Assembly: GCA_047495785.1 (NCBI GenBank)
Contig: JBLDXI010000013.1
Coordinates: 2,666,001 to 2,730,000, forward strand
Origin: Lepidodermella squamata
Taxonomy: Eukaryota > Animalia > Gastrotricha
Length of the DNA: 64,000 nucleotides
Direction of reading: 5' to 3'
Made by a program: the position numbers and the translations under genes. Below the pieces are notes generated by a model. It saw only the letters and a list, made by a program, of their open reading frames with translations. It did not search any database and was not told the origin of the DNA. Positions 10,101 to 23,041 of the stretch are shown in pieces. Numbering within the stretch: the first letter of the stretch is position 1; every line of letters starts with the position of its first letter.

Positions 10101-13097
10101 CAACAACTTCGGACACAGGTAAATTCGGCCTGTTTAATTCAATCAATTTTTAATATTTTCAAATTTTAGATGACGACTAGTGAGGTGCCAACTTTGATTC
10201 GGATCAAAGACATTGCGCCTCAGTCGGCTTTTATTCGGGGTGGCATCAAAGTGTTGATAGCTGGGCGGTGGCCAGCAGCCTGCCGCGCTATCACGGTTTC
10301 CTTCGGCAAAACTAGCGTGCCTGCCACTGTTCTCCAACCCGGTTTGCTCAAGTGCTACTGTCCGGCCGTCGCCCATCCCGGCGCCGTGGACCTTGTTGTT
10401 TGCTGCGATGGCGTTGTCCGATCGAACCCTTGCACCTTCTACTACCGCAGGCCTAACCCGGGCCCAGATCAGCAGCAACAACAAGGGCGAGGGGTTCAAT
10501 CGCCCCTGCCACCTACATCTACGCCGCCGCCAATCATTGACTCCATGTTGCCTAAGCTCCAATTGCTTGAGCTATTGCAACAACTGAAAGAGGCATTGAA
10601 GCCGGAAGCAAGACTCGGCTTTGATGTGCTGCTTAGATCAGCCAGTGCCGTTTCATCAGCGCCGGCCACTGCGTCGACGACTGAGTTGCTCGCAGTCGCC
10701 GTTCTAACCGAGATCACATCTGACCTCCCGCCGCCCGAGTTCTGCACCCAGGTGCAGCCGGTTGATGCCAACAATTGGACGCTGTTGCACTTTGCGGCCG
10801 CTCTTGGCTACACGCTATTCGCCGATTATCTTCTAGACCTCCGCGGGCAGGCGCGATTACCCCCGGTTGTTGAACAACAGGCTGATCTAGAGGCGCGCGA
10901 CGTAGCCGGGCTCACGCCTCTCCACGTCGCAGCGGCTCGGGGGCAGACGGCCGTGGCTGTTGCGTTATTCCGCCGTGCTCCTCACCTAGTCGCCGCCCTG
11001 AGCAACGACGGTATCAATCCGACGGGTATGGCAGCGGCAGGCGGACACTACGACGTCGTTCGGGTTATGCAGTCTCACGAGGACGCCTACCTGAACCACC
11101 TCGAGTCGTCATTCGCCGAGGAACAGCAACTGCACCAACAACAGGCCTCGTCTTCAATGGTCACGTTCATTGGCGGCCATGCCGAACCTGCGACTGAGCA
11201 GCCGCCGGAGGCAGCAAGTGCTAGTAGCAACTGGCCGTTGGACGCCACGTCTCAGCACATGTTCGACCTGGCGAATCACATAATTGCCGCATTACCAGAG
11301 CGCATTAAGCAAATCCCGCCATTTGCTGCCCCGGCTTCAGAGGCCTTCGCGAACTACCGTGAACGATCAGCATCGCACAGCTCTCGGCCGCCTCACCCTC
11401 ACTCGAACGTCGCAGCAGCCGCCGCTTCATTGGGCGACTCGGGACTGTCGACGCCGCTGAGTTTCTCTTTCGACCAGCAAGAATCGAATAACAACTCGCC
11501 TCCGGTGACGCAAGTGCCGTACAGGCATCGCTCGCCGCCGCCGACGCCTGAGCAGTTCAATGAATACTTCAACGCGCCTAATTTCTACCTGCACCACGAC
11601 TTCTCACATCTGACCCTTTCGGATGACGAACAGCGGCGGCTGTACGAGGCAGCACGTGTTATTCAACAGGCGTATCGACGCTACCGAGAGAACAAGTCAT
11701 CTGCAGCAGTGCATTCGTTGCCGAATAGCCGGCAAAACAGCAGTGCCTCGAGTCGACAGCAAGTTTTGGCCGCTCAGGATCAGGTGCTAGGAATATTGAT
11801 CCGCCACTCGGCTGCCTTACAGCCTTCGAAGCAACCAGTGCCTGTCGAAAAACTGCCGCCATCACAGCAAGCGAGCAGCGTCTCAAGCCGATCGACGCCA
11901 GTGAATAATGGAACCGACCAACCCGGGACGTCATCAGCGGAAACTGCGCCCGAGGTGGAGCAGGCAGCTCTTGTCATCCAGGCGTACTACCGGCGTTACA
12001 AGCAATTCATCGCCTATCGAAAGATGACGGAAGCAGCCACCGTAATTCAATCGCAGTTCCGTTCCTACTCGGCTCAAAAACGGTTTCGGCAATCGCGTGA
12101 TGCTGCTCGTATTATCCAGAATCAGTACCGTATGTACCGAGCGACGAACCAGCGGCGCGGGGCTTGCGCTCCGTATCGATCAGGCTCAACTTCAGGCATC
12201 ATCAGCCGGCGCCGCTCAGGATCGGCCTCGTCTACTTCGTCACTTACGCAAGGTCTTGCTCACCAGGCTGGGCTTCTGACCGGTTTCCTGCAGAATCAGA
12301 ACGACATGCTCCCCCATGACACGTATGTCCCATTTTTCCGTAGGATAGGTCGTTATGTAGGCGTGGCTTCACTTGCAGTGGAGAGTTTTTACATCAATTT
12401 TGTTTGTTTGATTGATTGATTGATGCTTGCTTGCTTCTAATCAAGCAGTGGCTCGTCTTTCAGGCGACAACTAACAACCGTAAGAAATGATATAATTGAA
12501 CATCAGCTACCTTATGTTACTCACAATATCACTTCTTGGCATGTAAACCCCCTAATGTAAAAAAAACCAAATTGTGTCGTCTCACATTTTTTTAGACGCG
12601 TCGTGTTGTAATGTGCCTCGTGTTGTTCTTATATTCAGCTTATGACCGGGTAGAGAAAAGCATTCAATTTTCACACAGCTGTATACTTGCTCTATAGAAT
12701 CAACGCGAAAGTCAGAGCGATATATGTATGAAAATGCATAAAAAATTCGCCGTAAATCTGGATTATTCTTTATGCTCTTACCTCCACACATGGGCCTAGC
12801 TAATTTTTGTTCGTTTTTTTGTAACAGGTATCGGAAGATGGACACTTGGAGCAAGTCGACGTCCTCGGCTCAGACCAGCCACCCGCCATCGGGCCTTTCT
12901 GGGCGTATGTGCCCACCGCTGCCCCCAGCGCAGTCGGGCGAGTCGAATTCTTCCGCGTCGAAGCCGAGCGCCAGCAACAGCAACAACAACAACAGCATGG
13001 CGCCGCAACGCCATCCTCATCTGCAATAATTTCTGAACGGCACGACTCAACATCGTCGCCTCGCGGCACTAAGCGATGTCGCCAGAGTGCCGTATAG
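7189..13097 (+). CDS. CAMTA: Calmodulin-binding transcription activator (CG-1, TIG, ankyrin, 4 IQ motifs); last exon from 12828 ends at 13029 or 13097 depending on a 31-nt exon
   Basis: CG-1 (WNTNEEVAAIL...RQDGYAWK...LREDHMKLK..YAHSAILSTFHRRCYWL), TIG (GGIKVLIAGRW...QPGLLKCYCPA), ankyrin (TLLHFAAALGY, TPLHVAAARGQ), DFSHLTLSDDEQRRLYEAARVIQQAYRRY and three more IQ motifs; in-phase exons start at 7189, 7366, 7816, 9153, 10170, 12828. Confidence 0.95.
8685..9063 (+). repeat. Three dispersed copies of (CGCGTT)GCGGACAGACAA with unrelated spacers in a CAMTA intron
   Basis: Core GCGGACAGACAA at 8691, 8869 and 9051. Confidence 0.8.
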
Positions 13098-14537
13098 CCT
13101 TGAACTAACTCAGTCAAATTGAGAAATCATATTTTCAGTGAAATCAAACATTTAAAATCGAGTGGTATTATTTTCCATGACGTGTTATTCTTGATGGTTC
13201 AATATGAACGGCCTTGCATTATACTATTGAAGCCGTACCAGCTATCAACGACGGTGTGTAACACCACCCGAACTGAACACGACACTAGCATGCTAGTTTT
13301 ATTCTGGTGAAATTTTACGCTGTCCTGTGCAAGTTGATTTTCATTGAAGCTCTCATACTCTAAATATACATGGCGTTATTTATTTATACGAACACTCTGG
13401 GCCCTGTAACAAACATCTCTTTTTTACTGACTATTTATTATCTGATAATTTACAAATCAATATTATTATTATTATTGCTCTTTAGTATGTTTTCATAGTC
13501 AACGAGGTGCACGTGTTGCAGCATTTTATATCATAATTTATTACTTGAATGAATGAGTTGCAGTAAAAAATAAAAGTGCAAGGATCAAACTGGTCAACCA
13601 TCGACGGGGTTTTTATAACGGCTATTTCTTAATAACTAACTGTATTCCGTTTGCGGACCGATAATAATGAGCAACCGAGCGGCATTAGATTGAAGTACGA
13701 GGGCATTGTGACGCTGCTTAACGGCATATCCTTTGGAACTATTAACACTTAAAGTGCCAAATAAGTGATCCGAGCTCCAGGATTTACAAATATTGGATCC
13801 AGATTTTGGATCTAGATTCTGGCTCTGAGAATTGGCTCCGGTTTCTGGATCTGGATCTATTTCATCTGTTTTCGATTGGTAATCAAGCCCAAATTCATCA
13901 ATAAGGGACGGCACAGACCTGAATTGCATAGCTATATCAAGTTCTCAAATTAAATATACTCTCAGATGGCGCGAATGAAACATTGTTCGTTTTATTCTGT
14001 CATGATTGAAATTCTATTGCACACTAGGAACTAGGAACCAAGAATGTAACGTAGTATCACCCATCTCTTTCAGGCGCTCTGGCTCCGCAAAACCTGAATA
14101 TATTCAAGCGATAATACAGGCTACCAGTTACCTATGGTGCAGCAGATTTTATAGCGAAATTTCGCCAAATGAATATTTGATATGGATATTTGATCCTGGG
14201 TGCTCCTAAGTTATCCAATCGGCGTACACACCATCCTCATCGACTACTTCGAAATGCATTTAACCTTCGTGTCATCCATCTGTTTTTTGGCGATAATAAA
14301 TCGATGATTGTTAATTTCTCAGCAATTATTTCAGGTTTCCCCGCCCAACTGCCCAGAAAGCCGAGTAGAACGCCCGTCACATTGTTGTCTGAATGAAAGG
14401 ATGAGCAAATCGAATGCAACGAATGTCCTGTTACTGACGATAGAAAATGTTATATTGGTCAGGGAAACAGCTCATCGCACGGTCCCGGCTCCCCGGGCCG
14501 GGCCGCTGAGACAGAATGGCCGGCATTCCGCAACGAC

Positions 14538-15983
14538 TCATTCTTGATTGTTCACCTTAGACTGGCCAGCCTCCAAATCTCCTTGTCTTTTCGATTTCCT
14601 TCTGCATAAAAAGAAATACATAATCATCTACCATTAATGCAGAGTCTGAGGAAGAAAAGTTACCTGGCGATCTCCAGGAACGCAAGTGACAAACCCATCC
14701 CCACAGCGAGGATAAGGAAAATGAGTGCCCAAACAAAAGTGAAACATGCAAACGGCTTCAACTGTTCAGGCTTATTGGGCTCTTCATCGGAAAAAGCCAG
14801 CCGAGAAGCCGTTGTAGCAATCAAAATTAAAGACGACGATGTCTCGATGAGCAGATGGAGATAGCGACATATTGCTTTGATATATAGATTGTATAGATTG
14901 TATAGAATGGCTGATTCAATTACAGTAGCGGCGATTAGACCCCAGCGTAAGAGAATCAAGTCGAAAGCATGCAAAAGAACTAAGCCGATCATCAAGGCTT
15001 GAAAAGCACTGGCGAACAAGGCAATACAAAAATATGCTGCTGTTATCTGGGCAATGCATCGAGGCTGCTTGCAGTTGTTTAAACAGCAAGAGCAGGTTGT
15101 TTGAAGAACCATCGTTAGGCATGTCGTTAGGATCACAGCAAAAATCGCCCAATAAAATTGTGTCTTGACATGATCTCCGTCATGATAAATTGAGACGAGT
15201 TTGCAGAGAGTTTGGAAGAAAAGAACACATACTACAACAATAGTCTGAAAGCGAGACAGTTGAAGCTTCTGCTTCTCAGTTACATCGCCAAGCTTAGAGG
15301 GACAATGGTTAGTCTGATGGATTTACACTTATAATGAGAAAATTACTTCCAAATCGGTTACAGGCTGCTGGTTCCCTTGGGTATCAGCAGCAGACGGGGT
15401 ATCCAAAGCTAAGTCACCAGCAGCGTCAGGCTGGTAAATTTATATCAAGCCATTGTAAAGCCCTAGTTTAGAATTCAACTTACGTTTGGATGACTGGGTT
15501 CTTCGAGCTGAATAGCCGCCAAATCCAATTCTGATTCAGAGATTTCAGCGCTGGTAGTTCGAGTCTATTCATTAACAGGTAATAGGTATAACTTGTTTGA
15601 AGCAGCAGACAACTTACTTCGTCATTATTAGAGATTGTTTTGTTGTTACTGAGTTTGGCTCCATCTTGCTCTTGGTCATTCACTTCACGTGAGCACATTA
15701 CAAGCCTCATTATCACGCTATGAGCAACGTTGATGACATGCGACACGAATAGCCCTTCTCGTTCATCGGAGCCCTGATGATGTTGAACTTCTTGACTTGC
15801 AACGGTTTCATTCATAGCTGACGTCACAGGAGCATCGCGATCGTTCTGCGGGACTTGAGTGTCGATAAACTCTTTAGATTTCGCCAAGAGTACAGATGTC
15901 GCCTCAAATTCTTCGCCTCGTTCTTCAACCTTGTACTTTGATGCATCCTCATCATGGAAGTCAGGATAACCACCACGAGGCAT
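14538..15983 (-). CDS. Orphan multi-pass membrane protein: long acidic N-terminus and about 6 hydrophobic segments
   Basis: In-phase exons 15983-15618, 15564-15484, 15430-about 15350, 15313-about 14664 and a last exon ending ...GQSKVNNQE; hydrophobic runs such as TIVVVCVLFFQ, FYWAIFAVILTTCL, FTFVWALIFLILAVGMGLSLAFL. The 3' end is uncertain. Confidence 0.6.
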
Positions 15984-16426
15984 CACATAAATATAAACAT
16001 AACTAATAGCCTAGCAAATAAGAAGTGGTGATAAAAGTGACGTCAATACGGTACATATCTAGTACTCGCCTAGAAAAAAGAGCACTTCGTCTCAGAATTA
16101 AACAAACCTCGTACTTGTCCGCTTTCAGAGCAAAAAAGCGCATCAATATAGGATGGAAGAGAAAATAACTTCACAAAATATTTTCAATTTATTGCTATAC
16201 CAATTTTCAAATAGCACACATTTCAAAATAAAAAATGATAAATTAAAGAGCCCAATGTCCGAAATCAGGCCGAAAAATTGGGTATAAGTCAGCGCGTTAC
16301 CGCTCAAAAAACCGATGAATCACTTCTAATTTCACAGCTTGTATCAAATTTATCAAGGTAGCTATTTTAGAAGTGGTCGATAGGCGACCGAGAAGTCGGC
16401 TTCCCTTTTCGACCTTTACCCTTTAA

Positions 16427-17129
16427 GGCGGTCCACTCCTGAAACTAAAGTGAAGTTGAACGACCTTTTGAAGGCAAGTTATTTATCAGGCCAAGGCGAT
16501 CATTTTGACACCTGATTTAGATCTGGAAACCCCATATTTTGATTGGCACAAATTTTCGAAGTAAATTTAGCCCTAAAAAATTTTTTGCCATTTTATGCGT
16601 GCGAACAATCATGCGAACTTTGGTGCACCCTATTGTTCTCGCGTCGCTCGCGTCGTCCGAAGTTGTGCGCGTTTAAAACTAGCGTTCTCGTTCTTCGGAC
16701 TCGCGCGCTCCCAACTTCAACGCATATATTACGCAACTTCGGCCGTCTGAATTTCGGATGGCCGTCTGAAGTCGTTTATAATTCCAGCATTATTCCGCCG
16801 CCAACATAGAGGACGTAGTTGCCTTTTTCCAACTATCGTGCCCTGCTGTGAAAATGTCGAACTTCAGTATAAGTATAAGGAAAATGAGCCGAGGCAGATG
16901 CGTTTTTGCAGGTCGAATAATCCGTTAGTGGGGTGAGTTGTTCGTTCTGAAATTCGAAAATATGTATTAGGATTAAAATCGCTACCTTGATCGAAATGAA
17001 AACCCTACCAAAAGCGATCCAAATGATGTTCAAGCGTTGTTGCATTTGTTGCATTGTAATAAAGTAGTTTCACTCGCAATAAATTCCGTTTGACTACCGT
17101 TTTGACAGGGTCGGCTGAACAGGTCCACC
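16427..17129. mobile_element. Possible non-autonomous Kolobok-like DNA transposon
   Basis: TTAA|GGCGGTCC at left and GGTCCACC|TTAA at right (short imperfect TIR, TTAA on both sides); internal inverted pair CCGAAGTTG / CAACTTCGG; non-coding. Confidence 0.4.
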
Positions 17130-18544
17130 TTAATAAAAGAATGATAAACCAATTTGTTTTGATTTTTTAGAAAATTTTCACCGGTAAAGAGTCGATTCGC
17201 ACAGGACATGAAACATAAATCAGCACCCAGTTAAAATATAAACTTAGTTGCATTGAGAATCCACCATACAACGACTGTGACTTGTTGGCATTTTCATTAG
17301 CTAGAAATATCCTCACTCGAAAATTATTTTCCTTAAAAGTTATTGGCTAAACTATAAATTTCACAGAGTTTCTAAAAATAACTGACCCCGTTCAATGTAA
17401 CTGTCTCCTTAACTGGGTCGTAAACAGTAGCTGAGGCTGCAACGATGTGCAGCAAAATGAAGGATATCTTCTCAACAATTTGAAATTTGTACATATCTAT
17501 CTGCTTAAAAAAAGAAAAAAGAAAAAAAAGAAAAAAAAAGAAAAGGATAATTGTCTGGTAGGGAGGGGGTGATGCTTTGAACAAACGACAATCACTTTTG
17601 CCAGCTCACAGTACTTGCTGTAGGCTATAGCGATACCCTATATGGCCTTATCAGTCCTTTGTAATTCCTTGGCATTTTGCACCGCGAAGAAGGGCGGCAA
17701 AAGAAAACAAAAGGCGTATAGCGATTTATTCATGGTTATATAGTATGACGTGATGTGATTACTCAAAAATGATTACTAATGATTACTCAAAAGTTGCGTG
17801 ATCGTTCCTCAGCTGTTCTACCCGACGGCCTAGGCCTGTTATTACTGTTAACCAGCTCGACATAATGAGGACTGAAGTAATTCGGGTCGTCGGGTTTTGG
17901 CTCCTGGATAGGCGGTGGCAGGAAGGCGTCCGACCTCCGCATATAGTTGAAGCATCCGTGTACTCATCGTCATCATCCAACTGGGGCAACTGGAGCTTAT
18001 TTATGGCGCATCTTCTTCTCAAGTTTTGTGTTCAAAAACATCTACAGAGCACTTACCTAAGCGTCCTTAGGCCGGGCGACACATGGAACCGCTATCATTT
18101 GAGAGGTGTGGATGGAATGAAAAGGTTCGCCTTGAATCTGATCGCCTCTTGGCAGCCGTGGTTATTTAACGACATTGACGCTTTGCTCTACTTGAAATTT
18201 AATCTAATAAAATCATTTTTCCGTCAACAAGAGGCCCCTTCTGACCGCGTCCTATTCCGAGAGCAGACAAGCTCAGATCGGACAACAAAAAATTCTGACT
18301 TATTTCTGCCTAAAAAGACCCGGCATCATGGTTATCCGGCACCACTCTGAAATCTGCCACACCGGGACCTTATTATCAGCCTTGTCCTGTCTTGAATCTT
18401 ATTTCAGACACACGTCTTCATCGTCTGATGGCAGTATTTAAGGCTGTCGATTTTCCGCTCAAAATCATCACTAATTCAGTCAAGATTCATCAGCACTCGT
18501 TGATTCATACCGCTTTCGGAATTTCATCTTCTGTCGCTCCGAAA

Positions 18545-19085
18545 ATGTGCCTCACCTCAGCTGACAAAACTGCCATCCGCGATACTATGCAAGAGTTTGC
18601 GAAGAATCTCAATCACAACATGGCTGTCTTCTACCGAACGTAATTATTTTGCTATTACAATTAAATATTTCATGATTTTTGCCTATTTTTCCAGACTTTT
18701 CGAGGATAACCCTCAATACCAGCGTTACTTCGCGGCAGTTCGCAATACCAACGTCAGTGAAATAACCAGTAATACCTACATCCGCGACCGACAGGGCCCG
18801 AAAACCGGCCGGGCAGTCGCCGACCTGGTCGCAAAAATGGACGATGGGGATGCTCTGACGGCCGCGGTTCACGCCCTCGTTTTCGCCCCAAAACATGTTG
18901 CTATCAAACTGGGGAAAGCAGATTACGCAAATGCTTTCTCGGCGCTATTGAAGACCTTCGACAAAGTGTTTGGTCCAGCGTTGAAACCGAGCGATGTCGA
19001 GGCATGGACGAAATTCGCTGGAGTTGCTCTTAGCCTAATCGAAGCTGAACTGAAAAAGGGTGAAAACGTTAAAGCCGAACAATGA
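18545..19085 (+). CDS. Single-domain intracellular globin; exons 18545-18639, 18695-19085
   Basis: MCLTSADKTAIRDT (A helix), FYRTLFEDNPQYQRYF (B/C, ProC2, PheCD1), proximal His in APKHVAI, EAWTKF (H helix); intron at the conserved B12.2 position; AATAAA about 70 nt after the stop. Confidence 0.93.
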
Positions 19086-19511
19086 TACTTTGTTATAAAT
19101 TTTAGATCATAGGTACCAATTGTAGCCAATTATCAAAGTTTCCTCCGTTCATCAATAAAATGATTCAGCTGGAGACATTTTTTGGCGTTTATTTTTTACG
19201 ATATTTTTTACGATGACATCTTTGATTCCCTGGTTATCTTAGAAAATGTAGAGGTCAAATGGAAGGAAGAGGAAGAAAGGTTTACCTGTTAACCGTAAAC
19301 TTTGCATCGCAATACCTTGCGCAATACCTGTCGCGCAGTGAAAATAACGCGGAGTCATAAGTTTACTAAACAAAAGTCGCGATGGCGCGGTTTTCGAGTG
19401 TGCGCGCCTTTAATGTTGCGATGCCGGATTAAAGTGTGCCGCTTTGCATGGGCTGCACATCTCTTTCGAAACTTATTTCAGCTCTACTACAACTTTCGCT
19501 AGCACCGCTCC

Positions 19512-20909
<1,398 letters not shown>

Positions 20910-21251
20910 AAATGTCATGAACATTTTATTCGAGAGTGATATTCCTGTGTCGTATGGCGATGAGTTTACAGTAGCATTACTGTGCGAATAATGCACTCAT
21001 ATCTGTGATAATATTACTGAGACATTGTGATATCGCTTACCTTGATGGTACATCTTTTTTACAATGACAATAATGTTGCATCTTCATCAGCTCACGTAGT
21101 ACAATAAAGCGGTTGGATGACATTTTCGAGTGGTGTTGCTATAACAAAACCGTTCGGTAAATATGATGTGCGATACGCAGCCTCTAGTGGGCCCGCGCGC
21201 CCTCAGCTCGCTTTACGCCACTGGATTCAGATGCTACTGAAAACATCATCC

Positions 21252-22123
21252 ATGCCATCAACTCGATTTCTAGCAATTCTAGTCGCTGTCATTATACCAT
21301 CACTCGCCGCTGCCCCTGAACAATATGAATTTCCGTTAACTTGCAATTTCAATAACAGCCCTTGGCCGGTAACATTCCGTGTTCTGGCCGACATGTGCAT
21401 TCGATATCAACGCGAATTTACGACGGCCGAAATTCACAGACGAGGCTATGCCAACTCGCTTGCCGAATTAAACGATCAAGTTCCGACACATGGACGAATC
21501 AAGACCTGCGCTCTACATTCCGTACGGACATATCTCATGGCTATTTACGGCCGAACAAACGTTACCCTTACATGTCTGCAGGTAAGTTATCGCATATATT
21601 ATAGTCTGGCAAAGTAATTAAAAGCAATGTTTCATTACCTGCAACGAAACAGGTTGTTACTCCGGAAATTTTGAATGAATTTCTTTACCCTTGGTCCACG
21701 TTGACATCTGCAGAAGACAACGGCGAGACTGACAACTCCATGTGGACGGTAGAGGTTTTGAAAAAGTGTACGCGAGTTTTGCGCTCGTGTGCCGCTTGGC
21801 TACACCGCTACAAAATGGCACAAGTTGCTAACATCAGCCGAGTCATCAATGACTCATCATCAGCAGCGGGTCAAAGCAAAACGGGCAAAAGCCGTAACGA
21901 GCATCCGCACCGGTATGCGCTGAAAATGCTGGAAGATACCTTCCCCGAGGTTACTGATCCACCGCCAAAGAAAAAAACGTCTGCGAAAACCACTGCAACA
22001 ACAAATCCACCGGATTTTCACACGAGGCGTCCTGCGGTTACGGCAACATCATCTAGTGCTAGGATTATACCGTGGGTTGTGTTCTTATGCACAATAACTC
22101 TGACAGCGGTTGGATTGAGGTAG
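21252..22123 (+). CDS. Orphan secreted or GPI-anchored protein; exons 21252-21581, 21653-22123
   Basis: Signal peptide MPSTRFLAILVAVIIPSLAAA, six Cys in the ectodomain, Thr/Pro-rich stalk, C-terminal SSS plus hydrophobic tail IIPWVVFLCTITLTAVGLR; AATAAA about 50 nt after the stop. Confidence 0.7.
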
Positions 22124-23041
22124 CGTTAGCCAAGTTTTCAAACGCAAATCCGGTTGTTCTTCAATTTTCAAATAAAACAGGTTAAATTTTCTGCATTTCA
22201 CTTTTATTTTTTTGACGTTTTTGCGCAACTTTAAATCAGCCCATTTAGCAATGCGGTAAGGTTAAATTTAAAAAACAGAGGCGCTGATATTTCAGTTAAT
22301 AACGTGTATAGCGAAGTACGACGCATTTCATGGTCATTTTTTTTCTGTCGTATATTACCATTATCTTTCAGCCGATACAAGAGGAGAAGCGTGGGTGCAT
22401 CATCAATATTTTCGTGTATTCACATGTTGCGCAATAATTGCAATTTTTCATTTTTCAAATAAGGCATTCGCAAAATTCTACCTATATAATAAATCATAGC
22501 TTCATTGTCATAACATCATATATTAACAGGCCTGTTTAATCATAACGATATAGTACATCGATACACAATCATAGTGATTGACACGCCTCACGTCGCTCTC
22601 TCTTTCATCACCACCATCATCATTATCATCATCACGTTTTTTTTCATTTCATTTTAACAAAATACGCAGCGGAATATAAGACCGATATAACGGGTTGTCT
22701 TTGTCACAGCCAATATAGCAAATAGGATGGGTCTAAACAAGAAGTTGAATCATATAGAAATAAGAAGATGAAGCCGAGTAACAGCGCGGTTGTAGATTCT
22801 CGGAAACACAACGAACAACGGTTGGGATCAATCGCGAAAAGAGAAAACGAACAGCGTGACAGCCGAAAATACAGTTCGTACTACACCTTCTCAAGACACC
22901 CAATTCAGGATTTATTTTTCATCGTTTCTTCCAAACTTCGCCTCTTTAGCACTGAGATCAATCCCAAATTTTACAGAGATATATCAAATTTTCTGGCGGC
23001 GACAAATATTCTATTCGTTGTCATAGCTGTTTTTCACCGTG

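Noticed and set aside
13636-13929. 97-aa minus-strand ORF with GGATC-rich degenerate repeats
   Set aside because: No splice or homology support; openness is explained by low-complexity repeats.
17372-18350. ORFs on both strands upstream of the globin
   Set aside because: No consistent exon chain; one ORF runs through an A-rich microsatellite; possible pseudogene debris.
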